64,000 nucleotides of DNA from Sphagnum compactum. Taxonomy: Eukaryota. Under the pieces are notes generated by a model, which worked only from the letters and a program-made list of their open reading frames with translations, made no database searches and had not been told where the DNA came from. The first letter of the stretch is position 1. Each line of letters opens with the position of its first letter. The position numbers were made by a program, and so were the translations under genes. Positions 37,701 to 50,707 of the stretch are shown here, in pieces. The DNA is taken from the NCBI GenBank assembly GCA_965153455.1, contig OZ234493.1:18590213-18654212 (forward strand), given 5' to 3'.

Positions 37701-40019
37701 CCCTAGAACCAATCCTTCTCTTTCTTCCTCTACTTTTTGACTTCTTCACAAAACATGTCACATTTGCCACCTACAAAGTGTACTTCCCTAAAAAAGTCGA
37801 CCATCTTTAAGGCAATTGTTGCACTATCTTCCCTTACAACATGCAACATTTTCTTTCCCTAAACAAATTTGTGTCTTCCCCAAAGCACCATTTCTTTGTT
37901 TTTTTCCTATTGCATACAACATTCATTTTCCATGACATTGTGTCTTTCTTGAAAAACTTTACCCCAAAAGGGTGAAAGCACATTACGGTGACCCCCTTGT
38001 TGCACACCAAGGCTATTGTTGTTGAATCATCTAAACTATGTTGTTGTAGTTGTTGCCATTTTAAAGTTTTCATGGGTGGAGTTTGAATCAATACTTACAA
38101 CCAAAAAAATTATGCATGCAAACACACACCCAATTAATTCAAGAAGAATCACAAGGGCAACATGGACTCTTAAATGCCATTGCAATCTCTGAGAATCATA
38201 GGAACAACACAAACTCATGAATATTGTTGAAACCTGACATGATTTTGCATGCACTTGATGCACCATTTGCTGTTGTTTGATCATCTTCTACTTCAAGACT
38301 TTCCATTTGCATGAATTGCCCAAGAGTCATAGACATAAAACCAAAAAAAAGGTCTTTGCTTCTATCACATTGATATCAGTTGCCACATTTTGGTTGAAAG
38401 ACAATACTGGTGGTGATGGCAGTGCTAGGGTTGTGGGACATTCTTTTGCCATGGATGCACCTTCCACCACATTTGCTACATTTGCCATTGCTTTATCTGA
38501 CAAAGATGTGCGCAATGTGAATAAATCTAGCAATGATGGAAGCAGATTATTGTTATCATCTGCATCATATTGTTAGTTGAATAAATCAACAGGTCTGCAT
38601 GTGATCAAAATTTGACACTACTATTCCCTGAACATGACTTATTTCCACACATTTTGCAGAAGGAATTGAAAGAAAATAATATTATGGCTATAGCTCACAA
38701 GATGTATATTCATCATCAAATTTGCAATCCACCATAAAAATAATTTACAAATTTGCATTCAGCAAGTATACAAAAATGATATATATGTATGTATACTAAA
38801 CATGAAATCAGAGCCAAAAATCTCCAAGCTTGGACATGACACAAAAAAAAGGTTAGAGCAACATTGAACTATTTAACTTAAATGAAGTTTTTTGTATCAT
38901 ACTATCTTGAAAGCCTATAATTACCTAGCTTCATCTACAAATATTATAGTGAACTATACCTTTATATAACATCTTATCATTTATACCATTAAACAAGTGT
39001 TGCATCTCATGAATTCAACTTTTGAACTATGAACACCTCAAACGTCCCTTGGAAAATCCAGCCCAACATCGTCATGGAGGACTTCAACTTAGTTGCTTCT
39101 GAACCCATTTAGATTTTCGTAGAGGGGTCAACTCTCGACGTGCCCGAGTATTACAACTCATAATAGGACTTCTCACTTGTGGAACAATAGTAACACGATG
39201 TTTTTTGCACACAAGGGCATCACCCTCTGACATTTGCATGACATCTAAACTTTGAACTTCACCTTATGAGGTTGGTTCTGGAAAACCATTGACAAATTGA
39301 CCAGACAATGGCAAACCAAATGGTTTCGGTGTCTTCATGGGCTCTAGAGATGCAATCTCTTCAAGCGGGGCAACCATTTTTTCAACTATATTAGGGGAGG
39401 AAGTTGTAAATCAGGAACATACATTTATGCAATTTTTGTAACTATAGAGGTGTTTTTCACGCCTCGTCCAAGTCGGTCATGTTTGAAATTGGGGGCGTTT
39501 ACCGTGTTCGTCATCAACCAACAAGAGCTGATGCAATTCTTTCATCTCTGAGCACAGTGCACTTAATTTGTCTTGATTTTCCAAGTTTTTTTGCCAATCC
39601 GCTTCTAGTTGCAAAACATTCCCCAATGAGCTAGTCGTGTAGGCTTGTGAGACGTTGCTCTATACATAGCAACCCAGATCTTGACACCACTATCAAACAA
39701 GTATCCTATGTGTATAAATTACAAATTTTCTTATCAAAATAATTGCATAATTCCTTTCATAAAATATTATAGACCAAAACTATATAATATCAAAAATGAC
39801 ATTAAGTGGAATTGAAAGGTACCATTGTTGTTGCATTGGGTTGTACAATAGTTGCACCCTCATGAACAATTTGTGCATCATTATCAGTTGCAACACCTTT
39901 CGCAACAACGCCCTGCATGCACCAAAATGCATTTGAAAACTTGATATAAATTTGTCGATTTCTTGTTAATAAGCTTATTAACTTGGAGAGCAAGAGACTT
40001 TCAGGAAAAACCACTACGC

Positions 40020-40460
40020 ACCTTAAGATGAATCCATTGACCCAATGCCCACTGCTCACAAGTGCTCATGTTGCGTACCTTGAATTGGTTTTCTTTCATT
40101 TGTGCGCTTTCAACAATGTTGTTTGGGCTTTTCAAGTATTGAATCATCTTTGGCCAAACTTTAGGTGGGCAATTGGGATGACGATTTGAATCACCATGCA
40201 TGAGCCAATGCTCATTCCATTTCCTTTGAGTTGAAGTTAAGTGATCTCTCAAATATTTTTTGGTGTAGCCATCTTGTGGTGGAGGGTTGTATATGAAGTG
40301 TGTTTCAACTTGTTTGTAGATTTCATCCTTTTATTCTTGTGGATGTCGATCCCAATGTCGAATTCTAAGGTCTAATATCCGATACGCACTGTTCTTCACA
40401 ATATTTTGCCATTTCGCCTTCAATCCAATTATGTTGCCTGCCGCATCAATTGGAATACCC
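40020..40460 (-). pseudogene. CACTA/En-Spm TnpA-like (Transposase_24/Ptta-like) ORF remnant
   Basis: About 145 codons with one internal stop: IPIDAAGNIIGLKAKWQNIVK...YLRDHLTSTQRKWNEHW...HPNCPPKVWPKMIQYLKSP...SAQMKENQFKV. The family call rests on motif resemblance only. Confidence 0.45.
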
Positions 40461-42769
40461 CAACCCAAACCAATGCAACATAAGATCATTTATCTTTATA
40501 CCCAAACAACAACAGTAACAACATACTTGTAAAAATAAATATTCTTCTTCGTCTTTTCAAATTCTAAACAAGCCTAGTTGACATGATACAAAATGTGAGT
40601 ATAAAAAAGAACTAGGACCTAGGACGATGGATATTGTAGTGGTTTTTCTTTTTCTTTTCAATGTACCTGGACATTGTGTTCATCCCAAAACAATGGGTCT
40701 TCTTAGAGCTCGAAGTTCTATTGTTATTGTAATAGTTGTTCACAACATTGCTATAGAGTGGCAATTTGAACTTTTGCCACAAAGATAGTTTTTGCAAGAA
40801 TTTTGAAACCAATAACAATAACTATTTCATTGCCAATCTCACCCACTTTAAAGGAGCTTGCAATAGTAGTAGTAGCAAGCCCACTCCAAGTTGTCATTAC
40901 TCCACCATACTTCAAAGGCTTTAAAACATTAAAAGGTGTGGTTATTACAATGGTGCTAGTTTGGGAGCTTGCATGAGGAAACATTGCAACTACATCCATC
41001 TATGCAAGCAAATGAAGGAGACTTTTTCACCAAGCTCCCCATGGCTTGTTTGATTTTCCCTAGATTGAAGAAGACATTTTTTTCAAAGTACATAATACGA
41101 TAATAACAAACAAAACTATTGTTGTTGTTTTCAAGGATGGGAATGAACATTTTATATTGTTGTGGAGTTGTCATTGATAATATCCAAAGTTCACAAAAAC
41201 AACAATATACTTTCGAAACTAAGATTAAATTAAGTTCCCAACTAAATCTCGAACTACTTCACAATTCATGACTATGTGTTGAAGAAGCATGGCAGCAGTC
41301 CTACCATTAGGTTTAGGTTTCTAAAAGCTTCAGTAACATACCATGCAATTAATTCCAATGTCTGGAGATTCTTCACCTACACTCAAAAATTTGGACCATT
41401 CATAATTTATATATCCATGGTATTATTTATTTTAAAGACCAAGGATGGGTTGAAAGTATATGTCATCCATCAAGAGCTAGCTTTAACCACTCTCCTCTAT
41501 GTAGGCATTGTTATACATTGTCAATGTCTATTTATTTAGGGATATGTTCAAATGAAATAAAATTTACCTTTGAAAAAACTTTTTGCAACTTGAATGAAGA
41601 TATTATTGAATTTTTTTATTAATTTTATATAAGTGGATGTTAACCGACATCATGACTCAATCCATGCTAGTTTCGGACTATAATGTGATGTAATTCATAT
41701 ATGGTGTTCGATGACATATTGTTCCTTGTGGTTACTAACAATTTATTAGACTTGTTCATAACTTTGTTTGTGTATGTATTTCATGGATGTTGTTCATGTT
41801 AGCTTATATATTTATTTGGCCATGATTAATGTACATTGGTAAGTGGCGTAATTTATTGGTAATGGATGTGATTTAACTTGAACATGCATATGATGTAGGT
41901 GGTTGTTATGTATAACTTACAAATCTTTGAACTTTTAAAATGAAATTCATGGACTTCCATCCAATCTACACCAAGTTTCATATATCATATTACAAGAACA
42001 ATTTCAACACATGTTTGTTCAACAATTAATTCAATTTGAAGATTCCACGTTGAAAAAATCATATTTCAATAGATTTTTTTGTTTTTCCTTCATAATTGTA
42101 ATTCTTTGAAAATATATATATTTGAAAATATCAACATTTATACAAATAATTTAATTAATGTTAAAGGTGCCAAAGTACTACAATATGGTCCAATGATTGA
42201 CATGATTGTTAAAGACTCAATTTTCATTAAACAATATATCAACAAATTAAGTTTTAAAATTTTGGAGCATGTCAATTGTAGGTCAGTCTTTTGAAAAATC
42301 CATATCATTATGGAAAAATATTCATTTTATATTGGTTTTGTGCACACATGTACAACACAATTATTTTTAGGTGGGGTTTCAAATTAAATTGATTATTGAT
42401 GCATAATTGTTGCTTTATCATTTAATCCATCTAAAGTTCAAAAAAGTAAGGGAAATGGACTTTAGGTGATGTTTTGAAGTGTTCATTTTTGGCATTACTC
42501 AAATAATTATTTTAAATTTGGACCATTTTTAATTCATTAATTTATATATTTCATTGTAATTATATAATTGCAACAATATACATCAAAATTTATATAATGT
42601 TAATATAAATATAATGTAGATATTATATATAATTAATATATCTAAAATATATATATTATTCATAGTGTTTTTTGGGGTTCTTTTATTTTTCCACACAACA
42701 CATTGCAATGAGCTAAAACAAATGAGGCACCTAAATAGATTCCCTTTGTGAAAGACTATTTTATGTTAT

Positions 42770-43315
42770 TTTACAATAGGCTATTATTGACTATTCCATA
42801 TTGTAGGCTATTATCGGTCATTTTAAGTCATTTCATGTTATTTTACCATAGGTTATTTTTGGCTATTTTATTGTAAACCATTGTTGGCTATTCTAAGTTA
42901 TTTTACTATTGATTATTTTTGGTTATTTTATTGTAAGCTATTGTTGGATATTTCACGATAAAATATTTTTTGTTATTTTATCATAGGTTATTGTTGACTA
43001 TTATAGGTTATTTTACCTTCAATTATTCTTGGCTATTATATCATGAGCTATTGTTGATTATTCTAAATTATTTTATTTTAAGTTATTCTTGGTTATTCTA
43101 AATTATTTTACCTTAAATTATTTTTATTTATTATATCATAAGTTATTATTGGCTATTATAGGTTGTTCTATCTTAAATTATTATTGGCTATTATATCATG
43201 GGCAACATGTTGATTATTCTAAACTACTTTACCTTAAACTATTGTTGGTTATTATATCATAAGCTATTGTTGGTTGTTATAAGTTATTTACTATAGGCTA
43301 TTGTTGCCTATTACC
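42770..43315. repeat. Degenerate AT-rich short-period tandem array
   Basis: Recurrent g(c/t)tatt(g/a)tt / ggctattat units at about 10-20 bp spacing. Confidence 0.75.
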
Positions 43316-44789
43316 CTAATACCTTGAGACATGTTTGAACTTTGAAGATAAGCCAAGTTCAAACTTGATTCACCATAGTTTGAACTTGGGTGGAGTCACA
43401 ATTTTTTTCCTTATAATATTTTTTATAAATGAAACGCATTCTTATGACTCATCATAGTTCAAACTTGGGAGGAATCACCATTCTCCTCCATGTAATATAT
43501 TTTGTAAATGGCAACATCGATTACATCAAAATGACAGGAATTCTTTGGACTTCCAATTCTTGTGAATGTTTTTATTTTGTAAATTCATAATTCCCTCATA
43601 TGGATTTCAACTCAAAATTACTTAAGGGAAAATTTGTAGCCTTTAAAAAATGTTTTCTAATGTTGTATCACATGTTCAAATGGTTGAAATTTGAATTGTT
43701 AGTTTTCTGGATTCATTTTTTTTCCATATTGACATTACAACCCCACTTTAGATATTTCATTAGGTGAAAACACACTAGGGGGGTATTTTAGGCAAAAGAA
43801 TGTTTCTTAAAACACATTTCGTGCTATTTTGGGGGCAATTTAAAAAAAAATTCATCTAGTGTTTTGATAAACATGTAAAATGGATTTTAATACAAAAACA
43901 CTCCTACATAATTCTTGTTATCTTTCAAATGAAAATAATTTTTCATCAAACTTCTTTTTCCAGCATAATTATGATTGTTTGAATGAAAAACCTCATCCAA
44001 ATGTTTTTTGTGAAATCACATGAATGGAATTTTTCATATGGAATTGAAATGGTACAATTAACTCATATTCAATATATGACTAAGTACTTCATCAAATGTT
44101 GTAATTATTTGAATAATTTTTAGAGTATATTGATACATGTATTAATTCTTCACAAATATATTTTTTAATCATTTAATATTAGTAAAAAATTTGGTTCTTT
44201 TAACAATTGCATTATTGGCAATTGAACTACCTTATTTTGAGTATAATTTATGAAAACCTATTTTAATATTGGCTTGGTGGAAGTTGAAAGTCACACAATT
44301 TTGAAAAATAGTATTTGTAACAATAAATTTTCGCCACTGTAATGTGGTTTCACCTAATCTTTCAAAAATTCCTAAAATTTAAAGTGGCCCCAATTTGAAC
44401 AAGGTTTGATCCCCAAAACCTTGTTCCAAAATTAAAGGACATTATAAGATTTTTCACTCCTAAGTGGATTCCATTTTGGAATGTTAAGACCCATTCTTTT
44501 TCATTCTTTCACATTTGTGCATGGGAATGTTCTTAAGATATTTTTAAAACCCATTTCATTTTTCATGTGTTAGCTTTGATTGCAACATGAAGCAAGACAA
44601 AAGAAAAGTGGGTTTAAAATATATTAAGTCAAGCTAAAAGACATTCCAACACATTCCATAGTGAAAGGGATGTATGTGGGAGTGAGAGTTCCCAAGATTC
44701 CCAAATGTATTCTCACGTTTGGGAATGTGCAAAAGGTTGATTTCATAGTGTCTAGGTTAGGTGTGATCGAATAAATGTTAGGCATGGAC

Positions 44790-46090
44790 TTCATAAATAA
44801 GAACAATGTGTTCATAGAAGGGTAGGTTGTAGCAGTGTTTATTAAGGTGTCCATTTAAAAAAGGGATAATTTTTGTGAATGCACATGAAATGGTTAACAT
44901 GGATGGAATGACAATTTGCCTTGTAGGGGGCCATGACTTTAAAAGGAAGGCTCATTAAGGTGCATGATGTTGTGCATGGTGCAAGTTGTGGAGGAAGACA
45001 TGCCTTAGGAAGATATCAAATGTGAACCTCTTGAAAGCGTGAAACAAGTTTTAAAAACATTTGTGGATGTGATGCCCAAGGAACTTTTAATAAGTTACAT
45101 TTGATTAGAAGAAGAGTGGACCATCAAATTGAAGTGTTGTTCGGGACAATTTTTTTGATGAAAATGCTTTACAAAAAAAAGCTTAAGGAATTGAAAATTC
45201 AACTTCAAATAGTTTTAAAGAAAAGGTACGTTATATTGAATAAATCGGCTTATGGAATTATCATATTTTTTGTTCATAAAAAGGATGGAATCTTGAAAAT
45301 GTGTGTGGACTACAAAGCTTTCAACAAGGTGAAATCAAAAAATATGCATTATTTACTCTATGTATATGACTTGTTTGATCAGCTTTTGGGGGCCTAAGTA
45401 TTTACCATGATTAACTTGCATTTAGGCTATTATTGAATTTGAATTGTTGAAAAGGATGAGAAGAAAGTTGTTTGTTACACAAAGTTGGTTCTTGTGAGTT
45501 CTTGGTGATGCTTTTTGGGCTCACCAATGCACCTACCATGTTATGCACTCTTGTGAATGACCTTTTTAAAGACTAGCTAATGATTTTGTGGTCATTTACA
45601 TAGATGACATTTTGTCCATGTGGAGCACCTCAAAAAAGAATTTCAAAAACCAAGAGAACATGAATTGTATGTCAAGTTTGAGAAGTGTTAGTTTGGGGTG
45701 TTGAAGTGAATTTCCATGGAGGCATGATCATTCAACAAGGACTTCAAATGGATTTCCTTGGGTTGGATTCATATTATTCTAAGTTCATCAAGGACTCCAA
45801 AAAATTGACACTTCCTTCGACAAACCTCTTCAAAAAGTTTTAAAGGTTGGAATGGGATTAATCATGTGAAGAGACATTTGAAGCATTGAAGAAAAAATTG
45901 ATGACAATACCAATTTTGAAGTTGTCCAATTGTGATAACAACTTTAAAATACTTTTTGATGCCTTTGACTTTGCAATTGGTGGTGTTTTAGTTCAAAATG
46001 GAGGTCCACCCATAGCTTTTGAAAGTATAAAATTTACCAAAATGAAATCAAAATAGTTGACACACTAAAAATATATGTGTGTGATCATTA
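44790..46090 (+). mobile_element. Degenerate Ty3/Gypsy pol: RT and RNase H
   Basis: RRVDHQIE, FVHKKDGILKMCVDYKAFNKV, DLFDQLLGA, FGLTNAP, YIDD (45597-45608) and RNase H DAFDFAIGGVLVQ...IAFES. Many stops and frameshifts. Confidence 0.88.
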
Positions 46091-47151
46091 AAAAGGGATG
46101 GTGCCAAAATCAATAATATCACTATGTCCCATAACAAATGGGGATTAGTTGCTATGGACATAACAAATTCATCAACATTTGGTTGAATAGGACATTTACA
46201 CATGGCATGAAATTTTTTCTATATTTTAATAATATTATGTATTATTTAATACATTATTTAAAAATATAGCATGTAAACGATAAATATACAACATGTATAC
46301 AATTGTTGATATTGAGGTTGAACCTTGGTCTCCAAGGATACTATCCATTGTCTTTGCCAACCAACTATCATTTGACATCGTGATTAAAAATTTCAAACAT
46401 AAATATACCACAATTACATTATTAATTTTTTTACAAATCAAACTTTGACACGTTTTGTTTCTCCTATTTTATTCAAATGAAACATATGGTAAATCAATTT
46501 TCTTTCAAATGTTTACACATGTACATTAAAAAATAAATGTTATGAATAAATTTTTAAAAATAATTTGAAAAAAACACATTGGAATTTTGTTGCTTGATAA
46601 GAAATTCACAAAATATTTTCTTACCAAATTTTTTTTGGACAAGTTGCTAATATTTTTTGAAAATGTAAAAATAGTCATTTCTTTTAATTGATATTATTAT
46701 TTCATATTACATTATAAATTCAAGATTATATTTTTTCAACCAAAAAGTTATATTATTTTTTAGTTATATTAATTTGTAATATATTGGTAATTACATGTTA
46801 ATTATTAAATGTATTATATTATATATGTACAATATTATATCATAAATTATATTCATATTATACATAAAAAGTAGTGTACAATATAAAATATGAATATATA
46901 TAACAACATTATGTACCAAAATTTTCAATGTGATAAAATGTATTAACACCATATACATTTAACATACATACATTTGATAATTTTATACATAATCACAATG
47001 TGATCTATGTAATAATGAAAATTAATAAAATTTTATTCAAGATTGAAATAATTATTGAAATAATACTAAAAATTGACCTTAATGAATTAACCTAATAAAT
47101 TACCCTATTGAAGTTGCATTGAAGTCAAGGTAATTGCAAGAGCATGAAGGG

Positions 47152-47900
47152 GAGTATTTGGTGAAGTGGAAGGGCTATCACGCAATCATTTAATCATCTT
47201 GGATGAAGGAATCAAACATGGACATTAACCTCTTTTTCTAGTGGGGGAGAATGTCACAACCTAACACTCACATAGTTATCCAAGTGGAAGCCACATTTCA
47301 CACACGTTTTGTTAAGATTCCCAAATGGAAGAGGCCCAAAAATGGAGATATTATGTGTCTTAGTTTTTTGGAATGTCATAACTCCTTCAAATAATATCGA
47401 AATTCAACAATTAAAAAATTTATCTTGTACTTCTTGAAAATAAATTTACAACGCCATATCAATTAAAGGTGGTTTGACCCCTTAAATCATTGTTTATGTG
47501 GGTAGGAATCACATTTTGATTTCAACTTTTAAAAGTAAAATAACTTATGCTATACATTTTCCAAATAGTGTAAAACCCTATTATATTGTAGTATTTTTCA
47601 AAGCCTTTGGAATGGGCTAAAGAAAGCCCAATTTAGACACAATTTGATCCCCAAACTTTGAATCAAATATTTGCTACACCTTGGGACTTCCAACTCCCAA
47701 AGTGAGAGTTTAATTTGGGAATCATGGGAGTGCCTACCTCTAACTTCCACTTCATATGTAAACGTTCAAAAACACTCTTACATTTACTCCATGTTTCAAT
47801 TCTTTGCTTGGTTTTCTTTCAAAGAGAAAGAAGATTTCCTTCATCTTGGTAAATGCATTTTGTTATTAATCTTGAGAGTTGGCCACATATTCAAGGTAGA
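47152..47900 (+). mobile_element. Chromovirus 3' end: chromodomain, polypurine tract and decayed LTR
   Basis: EYLVKWKGYHAII*SSWMKESNMD (47152-47223), purine tract agtgggggagaa (47240-47251), then TGTCACAAC LTR start at 47252. The right boundary is approximate. Confidence 0.75.
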
Positions 47901-48563
47901 GTTCTGAAATTCGTGTTGTGTTGCAGATAAGCATTCAATTTAGACAAATTGATCCAATTTATATAATTCAACTTTTCAAGTAAAAAATTGGTTAAAATTC
48001 TTTAAAAAATTAAAATACAATGAACTTTGATAAATGCATTTGAAAAATATCAAAAAAACAAGTAGATTTTTTTGAAGATGGTGAACTTTAAAAAGAGGGT
48101 AGTCTTTGAATGAATGCATATGGACTCCTACTCCCATTAGCATAAGATGAAATTTATTATAAAACATTCACCATTAGTTGTTGAACTAGAAGGATGAACT
48201 CCATGTCCTAATGCGCTCTAAATTTGTTCACATGTAGGAAGAGGCGAGAAAACATGTGAGGGTGAACATGATGTTAATAAGGACATCTTGAATGTAAATA
48301 AAAATTGGTGGGAAAGAATTCACAATTGATCATTGCAAAAAAGAGATTTAAGATTCAATGTTTTGGACAAATAGAGCCCTAAACAAAGGACATGCATAAC
48401 AACAAAAGAAGTATAGACTAGCAATGGACTTGCTTTATCCTTGGGAAAGTTGAAAGGTTATGGAATGAAAATTCAGATGAATAATGCCACATGAGCAAGA
48501 GACTTTGTTATTGTGGTTACCTTCAATAGTAATAATGTAGTAAAGTGCATCACTTTTGACTAC

Positions 48564-48894
48564 CATAGTAGCTTTACCATTTTGGCATAAATTAAATTAT
48601 TTTCTGTTTTGTCAAACTTTTGAAAAATTATTAATTATTTGTGTCGAAATTTTTAATAAAATCAAAAGTTCAATTGTCTGGTTTTGAATCATAGACCTTC
48701 TATGACAACGACTTAAATTTGAGGCAGTCTAAATACATTAGACTATTCCATAACATTGACAAGACCTTGTTTATTATTTTGTATAATCATTATTTGTCGA
48801 AAATTTTAGAATTAAAAAATCAAGTGCCAAAGTTAAGATTTCAAATTCAATTAATTATTCTGTAGTTTGTTGCCAAAATGGTAAAGCTACTACG
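48564..48894. mobile_element. MITE with 24-bp TIRs
   Basis: catagtagctttaccattttggca (48564-48587) and tgccaaaatggtaaagctactacg (48871-48894) are 23/24 complementary. Flanks actac / accac. Confidence 0.75.
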
Positions 48895-50674
48895 ACCACT
48901 TGGGTTGGCAAGACCACTAGGCTTGATGTATATATGAATCTAAGTAATATGTTGGGGAAATTACAAATTTATCAAAATAATTACAATTCTATGAATCCCC
49001 AATTTATATCGTGTCTAAATGAATAATGTCATTCCCATTGGTTCAAGAGAAACAAATCTTTTTATATTTGCTAATCACATAATAATGTGCAATTTTAAAT
49101 CTTATAGGGTTGAATTTGTTACTTCCAAATGCGAAATATTGCATGCCATCTCTATGAGCATTGTGTCAAGAAAGAATAAACAACTTCTAGCTACATAAAA
49201 ATGACATTCATATTGTTTGGGTCTTGACCTAGCTCCTAATCTAGGTCCCAATGACATATTTGAAATCATATGAATTGGGGTACTTGTTTTGGCAATTTGA
49301 AAATTGATTATGAAAATTCCTTATTTAGATTAGCTTACAACTCACCCCTTGATTTAAATGCATTGAATTTTTGGGTGAAATTTCACAACTTGGTGATGAA
49401 TAAGGGGCCTTGTGATATACAAAAAAAAAATTGGGAAAAAATTATTAAGAATGTTTTTTTGAAATCACCATATTTATCATCTAATTGGAAGTTTGGTAAT
49501 TGCAAGCAATGAAATTATTTTTGGTGGTGACTTTGAGAAAATTTTGGAAATATGTGCTGTTCAATGAGAAAATCTATTTCAGCAAAAAAAATCCTCACTT
49601 TCGAAAAATTTTGTTTTTTGAAAAAGAAACCATGAATTTAAGAGGAGATTAAATCAAAGTGAATACACCAAATATGAAGAAAATTAAAGATCATGTAATA
49701 AATAATTTGATTTGTGCTTTCATTTTAAATTATTTTGACAAACTTTTGCTTCTATACATTTATGCATGTTCAAGTCCAAACAAATATTATTGGCATTGGT
49801 CACCAACTCAAAGGCATGTTGTTGCAAATGTATAAAGCTCACATTCTAATGAACAATATTTAAGGTAGGTACTAGGTACGTATCACATAGGAAATATATT
49901 TTAAAAATTTTAACTTTAAAGGTTTCAAAATATATACTTGTGACATACATTTCTAACATCAAGTTAATTGTAATGAATAAATTTCATGAAGAACTTGAAA
50001 ATGTTATGAGTTCATGTAGGGTTTGATGCAATCCACCATGGGCCGTGATAATCAAATCACATTAAATTAATGAAGGATCCAAAGAGGCAATTGCAAACTA
50101 AAGGCGTCCTAGTTCCTTTCAAAAAGAATAGGTGACAAAAAAACACCTATATTTGATTCTTTCTTTTGTTGTTGGTAAATGGGAAATCAATCGCTCATAT
50201 TTACCCTTTTATTATTGGGAATATATAATGTGGCTTTATCAAATGCTTGATTCAAACAAGGCCACCTATGATGGTTTTTTTTTTTTTTTTTTTTCCCAAA
50301 ACCAAAATCAAAGGATTTTGGAAATGCTTTTTAGTAGCACCAATTTGGTGGATATTTTTTGTTTGTGGTGATACTTGTTATGCTTAATATGGCACAATGT
50401 CATAAATCAACAAGCCTACCTATTTACATAAAAAATATCCACTAATTCCCATAAAACAAGACAATAAAATCTTATATTATAGAAAATATTCCTTTAGCAA
50501 ATTGGCATGCTTTTGCATCAAAGGCAAATTTGGTTTCATATAATGCTCTATCACTATACAATGGGTCCAACAAATTGGGTGGGAAGAAACAATTGCATTT
50601 TGTGAAAAGAACAAAATCAAAATCACCTATTAAGTATTTTAAATTTCAAGAAACATATTGATCCCCAAAGTTGG

Positions 50675-50707
<33 letters not shown>

